The notes below the pieces were generated by a model that saw only the letters and a program-made list of their open reading frames with translations, was not told the DNA's origin and ran no database searches. From the NCBI GenBank assembly GCA_963779415.1, contig CAVZYA010000001.1:416001-480000 (forward strand): a stretch of DNA of 64,000 nucleotides, read 5' to 3'. Of this stretch, positions 60,003 through 64,000 are shown piece by piece; the first letter of the stretch is position 1; every line of letters starts with the position of its first letter. The position numbers and the translations under genes were made by a program. The stretch comes from an uncultured Acidobacteriota bacterium (GTDB lineage Bacteria > Acidobacteriota > Thermoanaerobaculia > UBA5066).

Positions 60003-63000
60003 TCAGTTCGGGACCACCATCGGCAGATACGAGCCGTCGGACGTCCCCGTTCCGGGCGCCGCGCCGTCGTTGAGAACGCCGTACGTCACGAAATCCGACG
60101 AGCCCGAGGCCGCGCGGACCCGCGCGTACCCCTCGGCGATCCCGGCCTCCCGGAGGATCGCGTCGATCTGGGTCCATTCGCCACCCCGGAGAGTCCGGTG
60201 AAACGTGGCCGCAGGAGCGGCCGCGCCGGTTTCCGTGTCGAAGACGTCCACGACGTACTCGACGGCATCACCGCCGATCCTGGCGTCGGCGATGGCGAGG
60301 TTCGACCGCGATCGCCCGTCCTGCCGGAGGCCGAAGACGAACGCCTCGCTTTGCGCGCGCGAGGCGGCGTCGAGGGCGGGATAGGAGACCCCGAAAGTGC
60401 CGCCCACCGATGCATCGGGATTCGGGCTGAAGGTCCGCGACTGTGCGACCGCCCCCTCGACGAGGAGCGTCCCGCCCTGCGGCCCCTCCGCGATCGGGAG
60501 GCCCGCTTCCCGGAGGAACGCGATCGCGTTCGGAACGAATCGCTGCTCTCCCGCCCCGAGGTACACGGGAACGACCCCGCCGGCGCCCGGGCCCCAGACC
60601 GGAGCCGGAGTGAACGTCAGGGTCGCCGTCACCGGCGAGGGGGTCGCGTTCGCGAGGACGAGCTCGCTCTGATACGGGACGGTTCCCGGGATGTCGACGA
60701 TCGCCGGGACGAGCCCCCGGCTCCCTCCCGCCACGATGAGCGATCCGTCGGACGTTCCCCCTCCCGCCGCGCCGCCGTCGTTGACGACGCCGTAAGCGAT
60801 AAACCCGTCGTTGCCCGTGAGCCGCCGGACCCGGGCGTAGCCGTTCGCCGGCGCGCCGTAGACTTTGGAAAGAATCCGGTTCATCTGGGTGAACTCTCCC
60901 GGCGCGAGGGTTTGCCGGAGCGGCGCCCCGGCCGGGAGCCCGGTCGCACCGTCGAAGACCTGCACCTCGAGGGTGATCGGTCCTGGCACGGCGGTGAGAA
61001 GAGAGTGGACGAGCGCCAGATTCGAACGATGAACGGCGTCTTCCCGGAGGCCGTAGACCCAGACGTCGCCCGTCGCGGCTCCGCCATCCGGAGTCCCTGC
61101 CAGGAAGGTGCCGAACGACCCGTGAGCGGCTCCGCCCGCCACCGGCGTCGACGTTCGCGACCCCGCGAAAACGTCTGCCGGAGAGGAGACGCCCTCGAAC
61201 GTCAGGAAGAGCGAGCCTGTCGGGCTTCCTCCGGAGAAATCGTAGCCGTTCGCGGCGAGAAACGCGGTCGCGTCCGGTGCGTAGAACGAGCGGCCGGCCG
61301 GGAGAGAGCGGCCCACGACGGGACCTCCACCACCGGGCGATCCGGCGGCCGGGACGAACCGGAGAAAAAGGGTCGCATCCGTTCCGCTCCGGTTCACCGC
61401 GACGAGATCCGACGTGAAGTGCGCTCCCCCCTCTCCCGGAACGTCCACGACGGCCGCGATCTGAACCCCCTCGCCGAGCGTCGGGACGGGCACGCCCCCC
61501 ACCGTGACGGCAATCGAGACACGGCGCGTCACGCCGCCTGCCGACGCGGCGACGTTCAGGACGAACGAGCCGGACGCCGCCGCGGGCGACGCGCCGAGCC
61601 GGAGCGTCGCCGGAGCGTCCGCCGAGACCAGCCCGACGATTCCCGCCGTGGCGGGGGTCCGCGCCGGCGAAAGCGTCGCCGTGACTCCCTCCGGCGGGAG
61701 GTCCACCGAGATCGTGGCGAGGGGATCGCTTCCGTCCGCCGTGACGAGGGCGAGCCGGATGTCGAGATTGGCACCGGGCGTCAGCGCGACGACAGCGGGC
61801 GCGGCCGAAAGCGCGAAATCGGCTCCGGGAGTCGCGCTCGTGGCTTCGGCGACGGCGGCAGCGAGGGCGGCCCCGTCCGGCGAGCCGAGTCCGGTCACGG
61901 CGTCGTACCCCGGTCCGGCGTCGAACCCGGCGACGCCGGGGACGGTGTTGTTTCCGGACGTGATGTCCCGGAATGCGGAGATCGTCCCTTCGGCATACTG
62001 GCGGCGTCCCAGCTCGTAGAGGATCGGGTTCATGGACCCGAGACGGCCGCTCGCACTCTGCGCGAGAAGCGCGGCCACGCCCGCGAACGCCGGTGCGCTT
62101 GCCGACGTCCCCCAGACCGGGTAAAGCGACCCGAGGTGGACGAGGTAGTAGGGCGCCTCGCGCCCCGCAATCACCGCCACGTCCGGCAGGAGACGCTGCG
62201 TCCCGGCCGGGGCTCCCGGCACGGACTGCCACGTCGGTCGCGCGTAAAGGGTGCTGGCGCCGCCTCCGCTCGCGCGAAGGCCGTACCCCCCGGAGACCAG
62301 GCTGCTCTCGTTCCAGCTCACCTCCGGGATCGGCATGAGGATCGACTTCTTCGTCGTCGGGTCGTCCGTCGTCCCCCAGTAGAGCTGGGGATTCCCGCCC
62401 TCGTCGAACTGCGTTCCGCCGACCGACGTGGCGTTCGGGGAAGAGCCGAGTCCGTTCACCGCAGGGACGGTCCCCTTCGCAGCCGAGCTGTTCTGGCACC
62501 CCGCGGCCCCGGAGTCACCGGAGGAGACGAGGACGGCGATCCCCTGCGCGGCGGCCTGCGCCCAGAGATTCGAGAAGAACGAGGTCTCGGCCACCGAGAG
62601 GTTCTGCTCGCACGCGCCGTACGAGACGCTCACGATCCCCGCCACGTTCTGGTCGACCGCGTAGAGCGACGAGAGGTCGATTCCGTCGGTCGTCTCCGTG
62701 CTCTTCGAGACGACGACGACGACGTCCGCATCCGGAGCCACGCCGCCCGCCCACTCGATGTCCAGGTTCGTCTCGAGGAGTGCCGGATCGTAGGCGAGGA
62801 TTCCCGGATCGGGCCCGTTGAGAACGACGATCGGGTCCCTGGCCGGGAGGCCGAAGAAGGCCCGGTAGGCGCGGGAGTCGTTCATCCGGATGTTCGTCCG
62901 GGCGACGATCGCGATCTTCTCCCCCGCTCCGCGCGTGGAGGAGGCGTAGAGGGAATCGAGGCCGTAGAGCGTCGCAAAGTCCGCCGGCGCGAGGCCGAGG

Positions 63001-63617
63001 CGCCCGTAACCGTCGATGAAGTCCGGCGGAGCCAGCCGGGCGAAGGGCGCGCGCTTCACGAAGCCGGTCACGGGGAGAAGCCCGGCCACGGCGATCCTTC
63101 CGAGAGATGCGGGGAGCGTCATCGGGAGGATGTTCGCGAGATGCGGCGCCCCGTCCCGGACGTACTCGTGCATCTCTGTCCCGAAGGCCCGCTCGACGTC
63201 CGTGGCGCGCCCTGAGAAGAGAAGCGCCGTCCGGCCCGCGCCCGCTCCTTCCACGGCGAACCCCTCCTCCCGGAGCCATGCCGCGACCGCCTCGAGATCC
63301 GCGGCCGGGGCGCCGAACCGTGCGCCGAACTCCTGCGGCGTCAGCCAGCGGCGGAAGCGGGGAGAGGCCGGATTCCGGAGCTCCCGCAGAAGGGCTTCGA
63401 GCCCTTCCGGGTCCCTCATCGGGAAGACGAGAACGAGCTTCTCGAGGAGGAGGTCCGGATCCGCGCGCCCCGCATCCTTCGCGTCCCTGATCTCCACGGG
63501 GACGGCGGCCACCCGTGCGCCGCGCGCGACGGGCGCCCCCGCGCCCGAGAGTGGGGCCGAAAGGAGCGGAACGAGGAGAAGGAGACGAAAACGTACCGGG
63601 TCCACGGGACGCCTCAC
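60003..63617 (-). CDS. Secreted S53 (sedolisin/kumamolisin) protease with prodomain and duplicated C-terminal domain
   Basis: Prodomain WLTPQEFGARFG; catalytic ETNLD (ExxxD), SSGDSG and GTSASAP; GYDAVTGLGS. Confidence 0.92.
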   Translation of the reverse strand: MRRPVDPVRFRLLLLVPLLSAPLSGAGAPVARGARVAAVPVEIRDAKDAGRADPDLLLEKLVLVFPMRDPEGLEALLRELRNPASPRFRRWLTPQEFGARFGAPAADLEAVAAWLREEGFAVEGAGAGRTALLFSGRATDVERAFGTEMHEYVRDGAPHLANILPMTLPASLGRIAVAGLLPVTGFVKRAPFARLAPPDFIDGYGRLGLAPADFATLYGLDSLYASSTRGAGEKIAIVARTNIRMNDSRAYRAFFGLPARDPIVVLNGPDPGILAYDPALLETNLDIEWAGGVAPDADVVVVVSKSTETTDGIDLSSLYAVDQNVAGIVSVSYGACEQNLSVAETSFFSNLWAQAAAQGIAVLVSSGDSGAAGCQNSSAAKGTVPAVNGLGSSPNATSVGGTQFDEGGNPQLYWGTTDDPTTKKSILMPIPEVSWNESSLVSGGYGLRASGGGASTLYARPTWQSVPGAPAGTQRLLPDVAVIAGREAPYYLVHLGSLYPVWGTSASAPAFAGVAALLAQSASGRLGSMNPILYELGRRQYAEGTISAFRDITSGNNTVPGVAGFDAGPGYDAVTGLGSPDGAALAAAVAEATSATPGADFALSAAPAVVALTPGANLDIRLALVTADGSDPLATISVDLPPEGVTATLSPARTPATAGIVGLVSADAPATLRLGASPAAASGSFVLNVAASAGGVTRRVSIAVTVGGVPVPTLGEGVQIAAVVDVPGEGGAHFTSDLVAVNRSGTDATLFLRFVPAAGSPGGGGPVVGRSLPAGRSFYAPDATAFLAANGYDFSGGSPTGSLFLTFEGVSSPADVFAGSRTSTPVAGGAAHGSFGTFLAGTPDGGAATGDVWVYGLREDAVHRSNLALVHSLLTAVPGPITLEVQVFDGATGLPAGAPLRQTLAPGEFTQMNRILSKVYGAPANGYARVRRLTGNDGFIAYGVVNDGGAAGGGTSDGSLIVAGGSRGLVPAIVDIPGTVPYQSELVLANATPSPVTATLTFTPAPVWGPGAGGVVPVYLGAGEQRFVPNAIAFLREAGLPIAEGPQGGTLLVEGAVAQSRTFSPNPDASVGGTFGVSYPALDAASRAQSEAFVFGLRQDGRSRSNLAIADARIGGDAVEYVVDVFDTETGAAAPAATFHRTLRGGEWTQIDAILREAGIAEGYARVRAASGSSDFVTYGVLNDGAAPGTGTSDGSYLPMVVPN

Positions 63618-64000
63618 GCCGCCGGGCCGCCCGTGGGTGGAGGAGGAGCCACCCGACGGCGCGAATGGAGGTTCACCGATCGCGCTACCCGGGGAACCGT
63701 GACGAGGAAGAGAAGCGCCAGCGCGAGGACCACGACGAGGGCCACCATCGGAAGAAAGATGGCGACCAGGCTCTGAAGGAAGGCGAGCACGTCCTCGGCG
63801 AGGGAGAGGGCCGCGTTCGCCATCCCGGCGGTCAGCGCCGTCGAGGTGAGGCGCGTGGCGCTCTTCACGAGATGCGCGATGAGCGCGACGACTCCCCCGC
63901 CGCCGCCGGCGACGACATTGAGGAGGGTACTTCCCTCCGGAGCCACCGCCGCGACGGCGAGGAGGGCGCCGACGAGCGGCCGGACCACGGAATGCAGGAC
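63614..64000 (-). CDS. DUF4126-like membrane protein; 5' end lies outside the window
   Basis: VRP..GA, H..KS..R and SLAED motifs within hydrophobic helices. Confidence 0.75.
   Translation of the reverse strand, partial: VLHSVVRPLVGALLAVAAVAPEGSTLLNVVAGGGGGVVALIAHLVKSATRLTSTALTAGMANAALSLAEDVLAFLQSLVAIFLPMVALVVVLALALLFLVTVPRVARSVNLHSRRRVAPPPPTGGPAA

Noticed and set aside
21854-63215. Very long + strand ORFs (21854-25765, 34948-38808, 59292-63215 and others)
   Set aside because: Antisense shadows of real genes in high-GC DNA; Arg/Pro/Gly-rich with no recognisable motifs.

Overview
High-GC (roughly 70% by eye) bacterial chromosome segment made almost entirely of core genes. Gene content and protein styles suggest Acidobacteriota, probably Thermoanaerobaculia-like (inference). 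I found no prophage, IS transposase, CRISPR, rRNA or tRNA. The main organising signal is a clear XerCD dif site at 17774-17801. All genes from 1 to 15377 are on + and all genes from 15403 to 64000 are on -, so the window very probably spans the replication terminus. A complete parA-parB pair, preceded by a DUF151 nuclease gene, ends about 120 bp from dif, although such pairs normally sit near oriC; this is the best candidate here for an undescribed system. Other contents: guaA, dnaE, metK-sahR-like-ahcY with a palindromic operator, fused lptFG, a long lptC/A, the lptB-rpoN-hpf-hprK-rapZ-PTS cluster, recJ, accA, priA, udg, rpoZ-gmk-yicC, msbA-lpxB, hup, rpsA, cmk, hisC, rluB, scpAB, trpS, a sigma54-type amtB-glnK-porin operon, recG, RNase P RNA and an S53 protease. 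Four genes appear to need near-cognate start codons (ATT, ATC, CTG twice) and several look leaderless. rpsA, cmk, hisC and amtB carry single-base frameshifts that are most likely assembly errors.
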